DNA of 63,831 nucleotides, filler included, from Octopus bimaculoides (Eukaryota), in NCBI RefSeq assembly GCF_001194135.2. It is 6 parts of 6 records of this genome, joined end to end, with 100 filler letters (N's around TTAATTAATTAA, not from the genome) between each part and the next. Parts side by side here need not be neighbours in the genome. Positions count along the whole stretch, not along the records: positions 1 to 26,359 come from NC_068985.1; 5 more parts are not named here. One strand, 5' to 3'. Positions 1 through 13,945 of this stretch are shown here, piece by piece (position 1 is the stretch's first letter; each line of letters starts with the position of its first letter). Made by a program: the position numbers and the translations under genes. The notes under the pieces were generated by a model. It saw nothing but the letters and a program-made list of their open reading frames with translations. It did not search any database and had not been told where the DNA came from.

Positions 1-807
1 TATATATATATATATATATATATATGACTCACGCAATGTATTTATGTGTGTGTGTGTGTGTGTGCGTACATAATAATACGCACATAAGCACATATAGTAA
101 GAGAGAGGGAAATAGAGTGAGAGAGAGATTTCTGGCATTCATTCATACACAAATATTATAATACGACTCACAATTAGGCTATACTTTGATAGTATGTCTC
201 AGACGTTGAGGGCTTTTACGAAATATTCGTTTGATATATTTCAGAAGAAACAAAACAGATGACAAACCACGTGAGTGATCATCGTATAGATATTGCTGAA
301 TAATTCAGTATGAATAAAGAATGCTAAATGGCGTATAGATTCCACAAATTATTGACTTTCAAAACAAATTTTACGTTTGATACGAATACCTTATAATTAA
401 CTTCTCAGACAAGCCTGAAATCGATTTTTAAACTCGTTGATGTATCTATTGCTTTCTTAACTAACGAATATTGATCTGCAGTATAAAAAGAAAACATACT
501 CACGTATCTACTTATTCCTATGCGAACGAGAATAAGCGTGCAATTTTCTTTTCAAAACCAAGATAGTTAACACTACTAATTACCAACTTTATACAGTTCA
601 AACAGAATATCAACTCACTTCCTTTGCAAAGAGTTCTGCATACCTAATATCCTCTCCATGAATTAGAAAGACAAAAGTACATGAAAATATTTTGACCTAC
701 ATTACCGCGCAATACATACATAAACACGTTCATGCACCCTTTCATAGATTTGTGTGTATGTATGTGTCTGTGTATTTATACTCATATAAATATACGTACA
801 TATGCAT

Positions 808-854
<47 letters not shown>

Positions 855-1369
855 TTGCAAGATTTTTTATGTGAAATCGTGTGTTGAAACAGATGTTGTT
901 GTACTTGGGGATGGTCATATTGCCAGTTTAGCCAATAAAAACACACGCACTGTATATTTGGTGTTAATTTTTTTTTTCAGCTTTATATTACATTAATCTT
1001 AATCTTAATCTTATTTCGGCCAGAGTTCTTTCGTCACACTTCTGTGACCTCATCNNNNNNNNNNNNNNNNNNNNNNNNNNNNNNNNNNNNNNNNNNNNNN
1101 NNNNNNNNNNNNNNNNNNNNNNNNNNNNNNNNNNNNNNNNNNNNNNNNNNNNNNNNNNNNNNNNNNNNNNNNNNNNNNNNNNNNNNNNNNNNNNNNNNNN
1201 NNNNNNNNNNNNNNNNNNNNNNNNNNNNNNNNNNNNNNNNNNNNNNNNNNNNNNNNNNNNNNNNNNNNNNNNNNNNNNNNNNNNNNNNNNNNNNNNNNNN
1301 NNNNNNNNNNNNNNNNNNNNNNNNNNNNNNNNNNNNNNNNNNNNNNNNNNNNNNNNNNNNNNNNNATAT

Positions 1370-1427
<58 letters not shown>

Positions 1428-1489
1428 GGATGGATGGATGGATGGATGGATGGATGGATGGATGGATGGATGGATGGATGGATATAGAC

Positions 1490-1830
1490 ATATTTGGCGG
1501 CGGATCTCCGTTGTTTGACAATGAGGATTCAGTTGCTCGACCAAATTAATAAACTACTTGAATTAACGCTCAAATGGCTGAGTATGCCACTGGTACATGT
1601 AAATTTAATCTAATTCTTGAGCAGAATCAGCGAGACATGGTGTACAAGGCTGTACATTTTGAATTGCAAATACAATTCGCTTGTTAACCCAATTTCAAGT
1701 TATAGACTGACCCCGAGATGAAAGAAAATATCATTTGACAATTGCCCAAGATGTAAGGCAGTCGGATCGAAACTAGTGTTGTGTGGTTGAGAAGACAAAT
1801 TCCTGACTATTTGTCCAGAATGGACCTACA
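1490..1830 (+). mobile_element. Degenerate interspersed repeat (SINE-like, from my recollection of octopus repeats)
   Basis: Recalled motifs ctcaaatggctgagtat...cagcgagacatggtgtacaaggctg; heavily diverged. Confidence 0.4.
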
Positions 1831-2214
1831 CATACATATACACACTGACACACGTACGCACATTAAATATTTTATAATTTTATGTTTCTGCTTAGAGAAA
1901 TACTAAGAAAATAGGATTTCAGGAAAAGTACTTATGACATAAATTATTTATGAATTAAAAGCAGTTTCTTGTACACAACTTGTTCTCTTTAGTTTCCCTT
2001 CTGAATTTATTAAAATCACAGATATGGTTAGGGCATATGAGTGGTATGGTAGCATTTCAAATGCAACGAGTAGGTATATGTACCTCTCATATATTTCTGC
2101 ATTGCGAATACACTTATAACCTCGCAATGTCTCACAGTCACTTTTGCAATAGTACCCCTCGATTTTCATCATGTGTCCTGGCACGCCTATGTGACCCTAT
2201 TCTTTTATTCTTTT

Positions 2215-2400
2215 ATTCTTTTACTTGTTTCAGTCATTTGACTGTGGCCATTCTGGAGCACTGCGTTTAGTTGAACAAATCCACCCCAGGACTTATTCTT
2301 TGTAAGCTTAGTACTATTTCTATTGGTCTCTTGCCGAACCACTAGCTTACGGGGACGTAAACACACCAGCATCGGTTGGGAATCGATGGTGGGGGACAAA
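2215..2400 (-). mobile_element. CORE-type tRNA SINE, 3' half
   Basis: Reverse complement of the tail seen at 21072-21480 (gtttacgtccccgtaa...tggcc(a/g)cagtc); ends in a (CA)n tract. Confidence 0.75.
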
Positions 2401-2498
2401 CGGACAGAAAGAGATACACACGCACACACGCGGACGCACGCACACACACACACACACACATACACACACACACGCACACACACAGACATTTTCTTTTT

Positions 2499-3145
2499 AA
2501 CTTAAACAGTTTGAAATTTCGCATACTGGTGTAATTTTTCATGCTGAATACGATTTACTTTCAGCACTTTTGACAAAATTTCGTATTTTAGAAGTTATTT
2601 AGTGTTAAATTTGTCGTATTTGGGTAATTATTTGTCGTATTTGGGTAATTTTAACCAATCAACGACGTGTTTTCATCTGAAGAAAGCTACTGCTGTATAC
2701 GATAGTACTCGAAGGGTAGCAACTTCCTAGTCATCTCACCTAAATGTCACCACTCTGTTCTATTTTATTTTTGTTTAATGTCTGTGTTGTATATTACACG
2801 CTGTGTTTTTGCTTTTGTATTTTCCTTTTCGACCGCCTCTTTTTACGAGTGGTGAAAATGCAAAGGTACAAAGAGACAATCGAAAAGTAAAAAGAAGCGT
2901 GTAATATGCAACACACGCAGTAAAAAAAAATAAAATAGAACATAGTGGTGACATTTAGTAGTGATGACGCAGAAGTTGTTGCTCTTCGATTACTATTGCA
3001 TTCAATAGTAGCTTCCTTCAAGTGAATACGACAAATTTAACACTAAATAAATTCTAAAATGCCAAATTTTGTCAAAAATGTTGAAAGTAAACCGTGTTCA
3101 GCGTGATAAATTACACTAGTATACGAATTTTCAGCCTGCTAAGTT
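2499..3145. mobile_element. MITE / non-autonomous DNA transposon with ~120-bp imperfect TIRs
   Basis: 2499-2620 is the reverse complement of 3025-3145 (roughly 85% by eye); internal 20-bp direct duplication at 2610-2650. Confidence 0.7.
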
Positions 3146-3726
3146 TTTTTTTAAATAATTTAAAAACTCTGAGCGAAACTGAAGAGATCCCCTTCATGGT
3201 GCACCTCTAAATCAACACCTGCTGGACAGAACTGTCTAGCCATGGATTATATTTTTTATCGTTCCATATACACTCGTTAAGTGTAAAACATTTTTAAAGT
3301 ACTAAAACAACGCATGTGTGTGTGTGTATTGGTGTAGATAAAGTGAATAATTTCACGTAGGTTTAACTAATATACACCAAGAGTACCTAATATTGTTCTT
3401 TAACACTAGGACAGTTTTAATCGTGAGACTTATCGTCAACAACAATCTAACCTTAAACACAGTGACACTTATTTTTCTTTAAAGAATATTTGAGACTGCA
3501 TTATCTAATAACATCTTTTCTCAGAAAGGCATTTGAGAACAACTTGATGGAAATTCGGTTGCTATTTCGAGCAGCTAGACTAACCCCATAGGTCCTATCT
3601 GTTAAGCATTCTACCAATTAGCTTATCGTTTAACCCTTAGTCATTTTTTATCAAGGAAGTCGTGGTGACGCTGACGCTTATGGTGGTGGCGATGTTCATG
3701 ATGGTCATGGTGGCAATGGTGGTTAC

Positions 3727-4957
3727 CAAATCAAATCAAATTTATTGGCAGGAAAAGAGCACAATGTGCTTAAGCCATGTAAAGAAAAAAAGCAGTAATT
3801 GTTATATACAGTTTTTCCACATAGTCGCCACAGTTGTCCAGAGCCTCTTTGAACGGGGGAGTGGTGGGCAGTTGAATGACATCTTGTGGTAGCTTGTTCC
3901 ACGGGGCTGCGATACGGACGGAGAGTGCGGCCTTCCGCCTGTTGAGTCGAAAATGTCGGGGATAGAGTGGGATCATGCCCACGAAGACCTCTATCTGGCG
4001 CAGGGGCAAAAAATTCTGCAAATGGTAGGTTTACATTCCCGTTGAAGATGTTCATAGCCAGGATGAGATCTCCCCGCATCCTCCGTCGTTCGAGTGAAGG
4101 TAATGCCAACTGTTGGAGACTTCCTCATACATAAGCTTAGACAAGCCCGTGACCATTCGGGTGGCCAAATGCTGAACACGTTCCAAGTGCTGAATATCTT
4201 TCTGGAGATATGGGTTTGAGGCCTGGATGCAATATTCGAGGATGGGTCGAACTAGAGTGACGTATAAAGGCTGAAAGACGTCCATTGAAAGGTTGACAAA
4301 GAACCGGCGGATGAGGAAAAGATTCCTTCTGGCTTTGTTCGCCGCCTTTATACACTACCGTGTTGGTTTAAATGTAGTATTGATCATTATGTCGAGGGGC
4401 TTTTCTTCAGTGACCATTTTAAGATGTTGGTGTTTGAAGCCAATAGTCAAGAGATAGTTTGGAGGTGAACTTTTTGGTAAATGGCTACATTTTGAGGCGT
4501 TCAAGGGCAGATCCTATTCTTCCATCCAATTCCAAGATCAGTTCAGCGACGATTGGAGAATGTCGTATTGATTGCTAAGCGAGAAACGTTTGCAAATAGG
4601 AGCATTCTTATATCAAGAAAATGTGGCAGGTCGTTGATGTAGAGAAAGAAAAGTTTTGGCCCCAGCACCGACTCCTGGGGAACGCCGCTGCAGGAATTTT
4701 TCTCCACGGAGAGATCTCATTTTATCCGCACCCGAAAGGTTCGATAGCTCAGGAAGGAAGAAAATCCACGAAGTCACCAATAGGTGAATCTTGTATACTT
4801 GAAGTTTGCGCAAGAGAAGTCGGTGATTAACGGAGTCAAACGCCTTTGCGAAGTCCAAAAATACCACGTCCACAAAGTCTTTTTCATCCTTGTAATCCAC
4901 TCTTCAAGAAGATTTGTTAGGCAATATTTTCGGGGTAGAAATCCATGCTGTGAGTTG
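3727..4957 (-). mobile_element. 5'-truncated, frameshifted CR1-clade LINE (RT and C-terminus)
   Basis: Motifs NSQHGF, VFLDFAKAFDSVNH, SGVPQESVLGPKLFFLYINDLP, decayed LFANV (YADD position), LVRPILEY, LERVQHLATRM, LERRRMRGDLI, WNKLP; 3' AATAAA plus (TTTGA)n tail. Confidence 0.93.
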
Positions 4958-5469
4958 GTTATGGTGTTAGTGATGATCGTTGAGAGGAGGAGTGATTTTA
5001 ATAGTGGAAGTGGCAACAGTGGAAGTGGCAACGGTGGGAGTAGCAACGGTGGAAGTTGGCTACGATAATGGTTGTAGTGGTGGTGATGGTTTTGATGATA
5101 ATGGAGTTACCGACACCATTACATTGTTACATTGGTGGTTATGTTTGTGGCTGTAGCGACTGAGTAAGGGTAATGGTGGTAGTTGCACATGTGATGCCGG
5201 TGGTGGTAATGGTGATGATGATGATGGTGCTGCGTGAGGTTACAATGTCAATATGTACGATGGCGATAGTGATTCCGTACTTAAAAAAGGGATGGGGAAC
5301 GCAGAAAAAGATCTTCTTGGTAATTAATTTTTGTGTTGTTTCTGGCCAAAGCCGGGAGTTGTCGGCGAGGATGAATGAAATAGTTATTTTCCTAAAACGT
5401 TAATAGCAGCACATGATAATGAATAAAGAAATACATAAATCTTCTGGACAATAATACCAAGATATTCGT

Positions 5470-5885
<416 letters not shown>

Positions 5886-7074
5886 TCATCACACACACAC
5901 ACAAATATCTGCGTGTGGTTGAGTTTACAAACAAGGCAGAAGTAGACAGTAAATATTTATTGTTGTACTGAGATTACATTCTGTTACTCTTCTGAGAGTA
6001 TCTCATACACAAGGAAACTCTGAGTAATGATAGAAAATAATCTCAGCAATAAATAAATAAATAATATATATACGCATATGTATATGTACGTGCTCTTGTG
6101 TATACACGATTGTACTGTGTCTACATCCATGCATCGGTTGCACAATTTCACTATTGTTATTGCCTCACACCTCGCTCTCCTCCTACATAGATATCTCCCT
6201 CTTTTCTCGCATCTCTCTTTTTCTCTCTCCCTCTCGATATTAGAATTTATTTTCTTACTGCTCTGTATTCATTTGTGACCTGTTTCGTGTCTGTCACCTT
6301 ATCTCAACATACATTTTTTCTCTTGCGTCCGTTACGTTTCTACAATATTATACGAGAAAGAAAACAAATGAAAGTTAAAGAAAATCAGTAAAAAAAAAAA
6401 AAGTGAAGGCGTTGTCTTTAACATAAGCATCTATAATAAATATTCCCTCATTATTTTCTTATCTTTTAACTCATTATCTCCTACCGCCATACCATCCAAC
6501 CCACTACTACAAAACTAGCCACCATTAAAACTAGTGTAACATACTTCCCATTCATTCGAAACTATCAAAAATCAACAACTCCACTAACAATGGCATCCTT
6601 ACCAAAAAATAAAGAAGCATAAAAGCGGTTTCGGGGAAAAAAGCATAAAAAATACGTATTGAGAATAAAAATGAAAATCAAGCAAAAATTAAAACAACAA
6701 ATGCATCAATAATCTAACAAAAATAATAATAATTACTACGGCAGTGTAAGAAAGAATAAAAATTAATAAGAAAATTAACATCTTGAAAACTGGAATGCCA
6801 AAAATACTTGAGAAAAACGACAAGAGCGTGTAAATTAGTAAACAAAAATCAGACATTTTTTTAATAAAATCAGATGAGAGAAGATAACTAGTCTTAAACT
6901 ATACCTATATGTACGATTTCCTTTCTTATATTACTTCCTATCTCTTGCATTCTCAGTCCCTCTATTTCCCAAAGCAGTCATCTGCATACTTTTATGTTCC
7001 GGAAACAGAGTTCAATATTCTAAACTAGAGCTAAGTGTTTCTAGTTTATGCTTAATCCTAAGATCCCGGACTAC

Positions 7075-7205
7075 AACACTGGTAGCTGCATTTTATCAAC
7101 TGCGAGGGGATAAAAGAAATTGACTTCACCAGGATTTGAACTGAGAACGAAAAGGGTCGAAGAAAATAACACAAGAGATTTTAGCCAACGTTCTAACAAT
7201 TCTAG
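7075..7205 (-). mobile_element. Degenerate tRNA-derived SINE (same family as 24156-24371)
   Basis: Reverse-strand B box (ggatttgaac) and family body similarity. Confidence 0.5.
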
Positions 7206-7258
7206 AACTAGATACACACGATATATTGTACGAAGTAAGATTATCTTGTATATATGTG

Positions 7259-7292
<34 letters not shown>

Positions 7293-7306
7293 TGTATGTA
7301 TGTATG

Positions 7307-7550
7307 TATATTAGAAAAAATAATAGGGTACTCAGATATCTGGATGGTTGTACATTTACAGATTTTAATATGTCACATGTTTTATAAATATTAGCGCTTG
7401 CACCTATTCTTGTAGAGTTTTCAAATATTTGAAAACCCTACAAGAATAGGTGCAAGCGCAAATATTTATAAAACATGTGACATGTTAATAAAAATCAGTA
7501 AATGTACAACCATCCAGATATCTGAGTACCTTATTATTTTTTCTAATATA
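7307..7550. repeat. Loopless ~244-bp palindrome inside a (TATG)n/(TA)n tract
   Basis: ~120-bp arms, about 4 substitutions plus 1 indel region; centre TTTTCAAATATTTGAAAA at 7418-7435. Confidence 0.95.
7387..7429 (-). ncRNA. Hammerhead-shaped motif with variant core (UUGAAAA / GCAA)
   Basis: AAUAU-UUGAAAA-CUCUA CAAGAA UAGGU-GCAA-GCGC-UA-AUAUU; mirror copy at 7424-7466 (+) has U16.1->A. Confidence 0.4.
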
Positions 7551-9798
7551 TAATTCCTGTACGTCACCTCCAAACCTTCCAATNNNNNNNNNNNNNNNNN
7601 NNNNNNNNNNNNNNNNNNNNNNNNNNNNNNNNNNNNNNNNNNNNNNNNNNNNNNNNNNNNNNNNNNNNNNNNNNNNNNNNNNNNNNNNNNNNNNNNNNNN
7701 NNNNNNNNNNNNNNNATATATATATATATATATATACACGCGTGATCGAGCAGACTATAGGAGGGTGTTATACATCGCTGATCACAATGTACTTTGCTTT
7801 GTTTCTAGCTTATCCTTTCAAACGTTTTCAGATAATTTAACTTGAAGTTAGCTATCGTATTGGCTGGAACAGGAAACTGATATTTTTGACGAAATATTCT
7901 ACGCTCACTTAATTAGAAAGTTTATTTCAGTTTACTCGGAGGCTTCGTACGTTATCGAAAACGAGAAATGCTTTGTTGGATAGTGTACCACTCTAGAACA
8001 AGACAAAGAAAATGCTTGTAAATCATTCTTTGAAAAAGCCCTTAGTCATTCGTGCCTTGTTATTTACACGCCAAATCAGAAGAAATGAAGCCTTGCGTAA
8101 TTTTCAAATGTAATACGGAGGTAGGCCTTTTAATTCCATAACACCAGCAGCGTTTTCTCCCAGAACACACCTGAAACGATTTTTAGAAGCTTTAAATCTT
8201 TTTCTGCAGACATGAACTTGCAGAAAATTTTAGTTTTATCAACACTATATGCTTGCCATGATGTGTAACCTCCAATGCAGATACAGGGGCTAAGTAGCAG
8301 TCTCTATTACCACACGGGTAGTTTCACCAGTCATTTTTATGTTATACAATTTCAAGCGCATCTTAAACATTCGAAACCGTCTTTTAATACTACAATGTAA
8401 CAGCTTTTACACTTTTGCACTACCGTCTACAATTCCACTCGGTGACTTCTCCCTAGGCATCCTGAACTATAAGCAAAACCAACGGTGGCGGCGATCAATA
8501 ATTATCTACAACATATATCTGGTAGGATAAATAGTGCCAGGAAATAATAGTTTAGTAAGAGACCAAACCGTGTTATTCTTATGGACTTAAGAATAGAAAT
8601 GATAGGATAGAATGGTAAAGTAGTTGGGAGGAATTACTTACTCTATGATTACAGATAGTTGAAGGGTTCACGTTCGAAGGCAATTCGGTCCTTGCACGTT
8701 TGAACCAAGGCGTAATTTCTACAGTCTGCTTTCTCTCTCTCCCTTTCCCTCTCTCGCTCTCTCGCTCTCACTTTCTCTCTCTCTCACACACACTAATACA
8801 CGTATAGACACATGCACACACACATATACACACACTCTCTCTCTCTCACTCTCATTTTGTATTGACATATAACATATGTAGCTACAAACATTGCTGCCAT
8901 GCAAATACTAGAATTGTTGTTGTTATTTATTCAAAAGTTCGTGAGGTGGTGGTGGTCGTGGTGGTGGTGATGGTGGTGGTGGTGGTGGTGNNNNNNNNNN
9001 NNNNNNNNNNNNNNNNNNNNNNNNNNNNNNNNNNNNNNNNNNNNNNNNNNNNNNNNNNNNNNNNNNNNNNNNNNNNNNNNNNNNNNNNNNNNNNNNNNNN
9101 NNNNNNNNNNNNNNNNNNNNNNNNNNNNNNNNNNNNNNNNNNNNNNNNNNNNNNNNNNNNNNNNNNNNNNNNNNNNNNNNNNNNNNNNNNNNNNNNNNNN
9201 NNNNNNNNNNNNNNNNNNNNNNNNNNNNNNNNNNNNNNNNNNNNNNNNNNNNNNNNNNNNNNNNNNNNNNNNNNNNNNNNNNNNNNNNNNNNNNNNNNNN
9301 NNNNNNNNNNNNNNNNNNNNNNNNNNNNNNNNNNNNNNNNNNNNNNNNNNNNNNNNNNNNNNNNNNNNNNNNNNNNNNNNNNNNNNNNNNNNNNNNNNNN
9401 NNNNNNNNNNNNNNNNNNNNNNNNNNNNNNNNNNNNNNNNNNNNNNNNNNNNNNNNNNNNNNNNNNNNNNNNNNNNNNNNNNNNNNNNNNNNNNNNNNNN
9501 NNNNNNNNNNNNNNNNNNNNNNNNNNNNNNNNNNNNNNNNNNNNNNNNNNNNNNNNNNNNNNNNNNNNNNNNNNNNNNNNNNNNNNNNNNNNNNNNNNNN
9601 NNNNNNNNNNNNNNNNNNNNNNNNNNNNNNNNNNNNNNNNNNNNNNNNNNNNNNNNNNNNNNNNNNNNNNNNNNNNNNNNNNNNNNNNNNNNNNNNNNNN
9701 NNNNNNNNNNNNNNNNNNNNNNNNNNNNTATATATATACACATATATATATACATATATATATACACATACATACATATAGGGAAAGAGAGAGAGACA

Positions 9799-9846
<48 letters not shown>

Positions 9847-11722
9847 GACAATGAGTGACTGAGTGACTGAGTGAGTGAGTGAATGAGTGAGGACAGAAGA
9901 AAACCTATTGAAGCATACATAGGACTATTCATAGAGAAAACTTCCACTATACATTCTGTAAGTGTTTATATTGAGAAGCAAGCAAACACTTGCATACACA
10001 CTGATATGCACATACATATATTTATGCATAATTACATGCATGTATCCTGATTTATATTTTGTCTAAAAAGAAAATATTGTATTTAAATTGTTAAAATTTA
10101 TTCCAGTAAATTTATTCCGTAAGGACGAAATTCAGACTGTATCCCAAAATTAGTAGTCATTCTAGACTCTCTCGATAAGAGTGTGCTTCCATAAAGCCAA
10201 GAGGTTTATACTCAAGTTGATTATGCCTAATTCGATTATCAGCAGAAAAAATATCGAGAGTGAAGTGAAAATTTCCGAGGATTTCCTGAAGCGGGAACCA
10301 CCGGTGCGTTTAGAGCCGATGGCATGGTGAGGAGAAATAAGAAGGCGTGTGTGAAGAGATATACATTTGTTGTTTCGGCAAAAAATTATTTCTGTGGTAA
10401 CAGTTGAAGTGCCAGAGAAAGGAAACAAAGCGCAAATGAAATGCCTTTAGAAATCAGTGAGTCTTTGCAAGTTAAACAGGGCTTCTGTTGCTTTCATGGG
10501 TAGTATGAGCATATTCTTATATGTGAAGAGATCTTCAATGGGGACGCACATTAGGACTGTTGAGGGGCATCAGTTGTTGAAAGCTGAAGTCTTGTTTTTA
10601 AAGAATAAGACGAGGTCTTGTAATAGTTCTAAATCAGTTTAACAGCTATGGTACTGACATGAACAATAACACATCACCAGTCATTGTGTAACCTAATTTT
10701 TACAGCGATGTCAAATGTTTTACTTATGTGCAGTTCATGACTAGATAGTGTATGGGACATGGTTGTTTCCTTAATAGGAGCAGTGCCTGTTAATTCATGC
10801 TTTGGAAAACACTAAATGCTCTTACCGAAGTATGTTCTAAGATTTTTGGTCGTAGAAACAATATATGTGGTGTGAGGTGGCTAGGTTGCATATCTATTGC
10901 ACTTGTGTACAAAACTCGTGAAAAGAATATTTATACCAAGTGGAGAGGTGAAATTGTATTTAGAGTGAGATAACATATAGATTTATAACCAAAAGTTTGA
11001 TTTGTGTGCAAATTTTATCGTAACCAAAATGAGTTTCGGTGTTAAAAATTTGTTTTACGGACAGTAATGCTACAGGCCGATGGAAGCTTCCAATGCAAAG
11101 AATAAATCGAAAAGAAAACGAGTAAGACATTCAGGTGTTGATGTCAGATAGAGTCGGATATTTTGCTTTCAAGAAAGTGCAACTTGTTTCATCAAATACC
11201 TAGAGGTGGATGTGCACTGGTGAGTGACTTTCAGCAAAGTCCATATTGAAGATATACACTTTATAGAAGCGAAACTGTCGATCACATAGAATCAAGAGAA
11301 TATCAAGGTAATGAGTTAAATGATTCTTAACAACTGCTTCTCTCATACGTGATATACCGCAAACGGCAGTAACAGCTCAATAGTTTGCTCGCTTGAACCG
11401 GTAACATTTGTTAAGGATCGTCTCACTGTCCAGTGGCTTCGAAGGTTCCAATAGTTTCTTAGAAAGAGAGAAAGTGATAGCGAGAGAGAGAGAGGCGTAT
11501 GTATGCCTGTGTTCATGAGTCTTGTAATGCTCCTCCCTCACTGCACTTTTCATTTTCTCTTTACTTTCCTTCAGATCGTTTGATCGTTTTAAGTGTTCCG
11601 CTCTGTATTCTCTCCCATACTTCCTCCCATTTCTACGCCCTTATTTCTCTTTCCTTCTCTTTCCTACCACCTCCTTCTCAGTATATATATATATACATGC
11701 GTGTGTGTGTGCCTGTATCTGA

Positions 11723-11755
<33 letters not shown>

Positions 11756-13717
11756 TGTGCGTGTGCGTGTGCGTGTGTGTGTGTGTGTGTGAGTAATCTG
11801 AAAAAAAAAACGACAGAAAGAGCGAATTATTATTTCTGCATTTTGTTGATACCTCGAATCGTGGACGGAGGTATTTGAGAAAGAGAAGCTGGCTAGAATA
11901 AGACCCAGGGAAAACTTAATGTGAGAGGCGTGCATTAAGCGGAGATTACCATACAAGCGGAAGGTCGAGGAGTAGAAGGAAAAACATTCATTTACACTCG
12001 TCGATGTCTCGGTTTCATGTTTGAATATGAAATATTGTTCTTGTAATTTCCTTGAGTCCTAGATTCCGGACAATGAAGACTAAATCACTCTATGGTCCAC
12101 GGGTTGTTCTGGTCTATATAGTAATTTGCTTCGAGTGTGTCCACGAAAGTAATCATCAAAACGGCAGCCTGTTGCCATTATGTAAATCGTACCGCAAATT
12201 TTATTAATATTTTGTTGGTAGATGTGCAGCTGAAACTTTGTGTGATGCGGTCCAGTGACATAGATTCGATCATAGTGGCAATGTTGGTGATTTAGGGACG
12301 GGTATTACATCACCAGCGTGTATTTAAGAGTGATTGGTTGTGCATAGTTGAGCTTCTAATTAAGAGATTGCTGAGAGAGCGAGAAAAAAATCTTGTATTC
12401 TATATTTCCTTCTTTTTCTCTCATGTCCTATTTTCCTACAGTCGGGTTTTCACTCATCTTTTATTTTACAGAACGCGTAAATGCTTAAATGTTTATAGAA
12501 AAATAATGATTGATACGTAAACGAAAACCAAGCTGAGAAAGAAATGCATTTTTTATGTAAATGACGAGTTTTATATCAATAGAATTTTTTCACAAGCGTA
12601 GAAATCCTGATATTGAAACTTCCATGGAGGAAACTACTTCAGTTAGTGAAAGAAAAATGGTGGTTTTACTTCCTTGGGAACGACAACGTAAACAAGCAGA
12701 AGCGTGACAAAGTCAAATAGTAACGTAGTAGTAAAAGGCAAACAGCTGCAGTCACTTAAAGACAATGAATGACAGAAGTTTACAAAGAGAGGATTATAAC
12801 AGCAAAGGAAGTTCTGCAAAACACACAGATTGCAAGCAATGGAGTCTGACAACCATACAGTGAATGGCAGATAAAGTGACTGTAAGTGTAGTCTGAAAAT
12901 AGAAAATAGATTAATGGAATCAGTAAATACAGAATTGGTTTCTTTTGTCTAGATTACAACAGTTGAAAGTTGTGACGTTGTTGCCTTTTCCACGGAATTA
13001 ACTGCAGAATTCATTTGAATTAGCTTCAAAAGGAGATCAAAAAGCAGCTTGTGAATTTAATTCACAAGAGAATTTACTTCTTGTTCATGTCATATTATAT
13101 TCATCACTAACAGTAACATTGATATTTGTTAACTAGATGGAAGCCAAGTTTTAGAGCTCGAAAGACTTTTGAACAGTGTAAACATAAATGTTTATATATT
13201 TTCTTTGATATTTCTAAAAGGTATGTAAGTGCATTTTCTTCTAGTATTAAGCATCGGCCAATTGCAAAAGGCTACGACCAAACGAAAGCAACCTCTACCG
13301 ATTTGTTGATCCCTCAAATAACCAAAATACCGGATGTCTAGTGGGACATACGCAGTGACGTGACTAAAACGGTGCTCCAGTATGACCTAAAACCTGGTTA
13401 TTAGCGCAAATTAAAAAGCACACCACTACTCACACACGCGCACGCACGCACGCACACATACATACACACCAACTCAACCACATTTATAAACACCAGGAAC
13501 TCTCTTAACTTAGAAAGTCTTGTCGCTTTGTTAACGACTGGCTTGAACTCTCTCAAAAACTCAAATAAACTCATACAAACATACATCCATACATACATAC
13601 ATGCATACATACATGCATACATACATACACACACATAGAACTGCATGGATCTTTGAAATTTGCAATACAAAAAATTCTTTGGGGTACTTAACGTTCGGAT
13701 TTTGTGTTTTAAAACAT

Positions 13718-13945
13718 GAGCGCGACGTGGTAACGTCATATCAAGATTAACAGCAAATGATCTTGCAGGTGAGGCCTAGTGAGAATTTTATTCAGGTTGA
13801 GTAGCCTATCCCGCTCAAAAGGTCACTGAATAAGTATTGTTTAAGAATGATGAACGGAACTCCCATGATTCTAGGGGTGAATTATTCAAACCCCAAAGAA
13901 TCCCTTTCAACGCATACCTATGATGCTCCCCACTACTCCTGCAGC
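13718..13945 (-). mobile_element. Interspersed retroposon fragment (overlaps the family at 51430-51615)
   Basis: gagcgcgacgtggtaacgtcatatcaaga...cttgcaggtgaggccta matches 51556-51615; strand is a guess. Confidence 0.5.
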
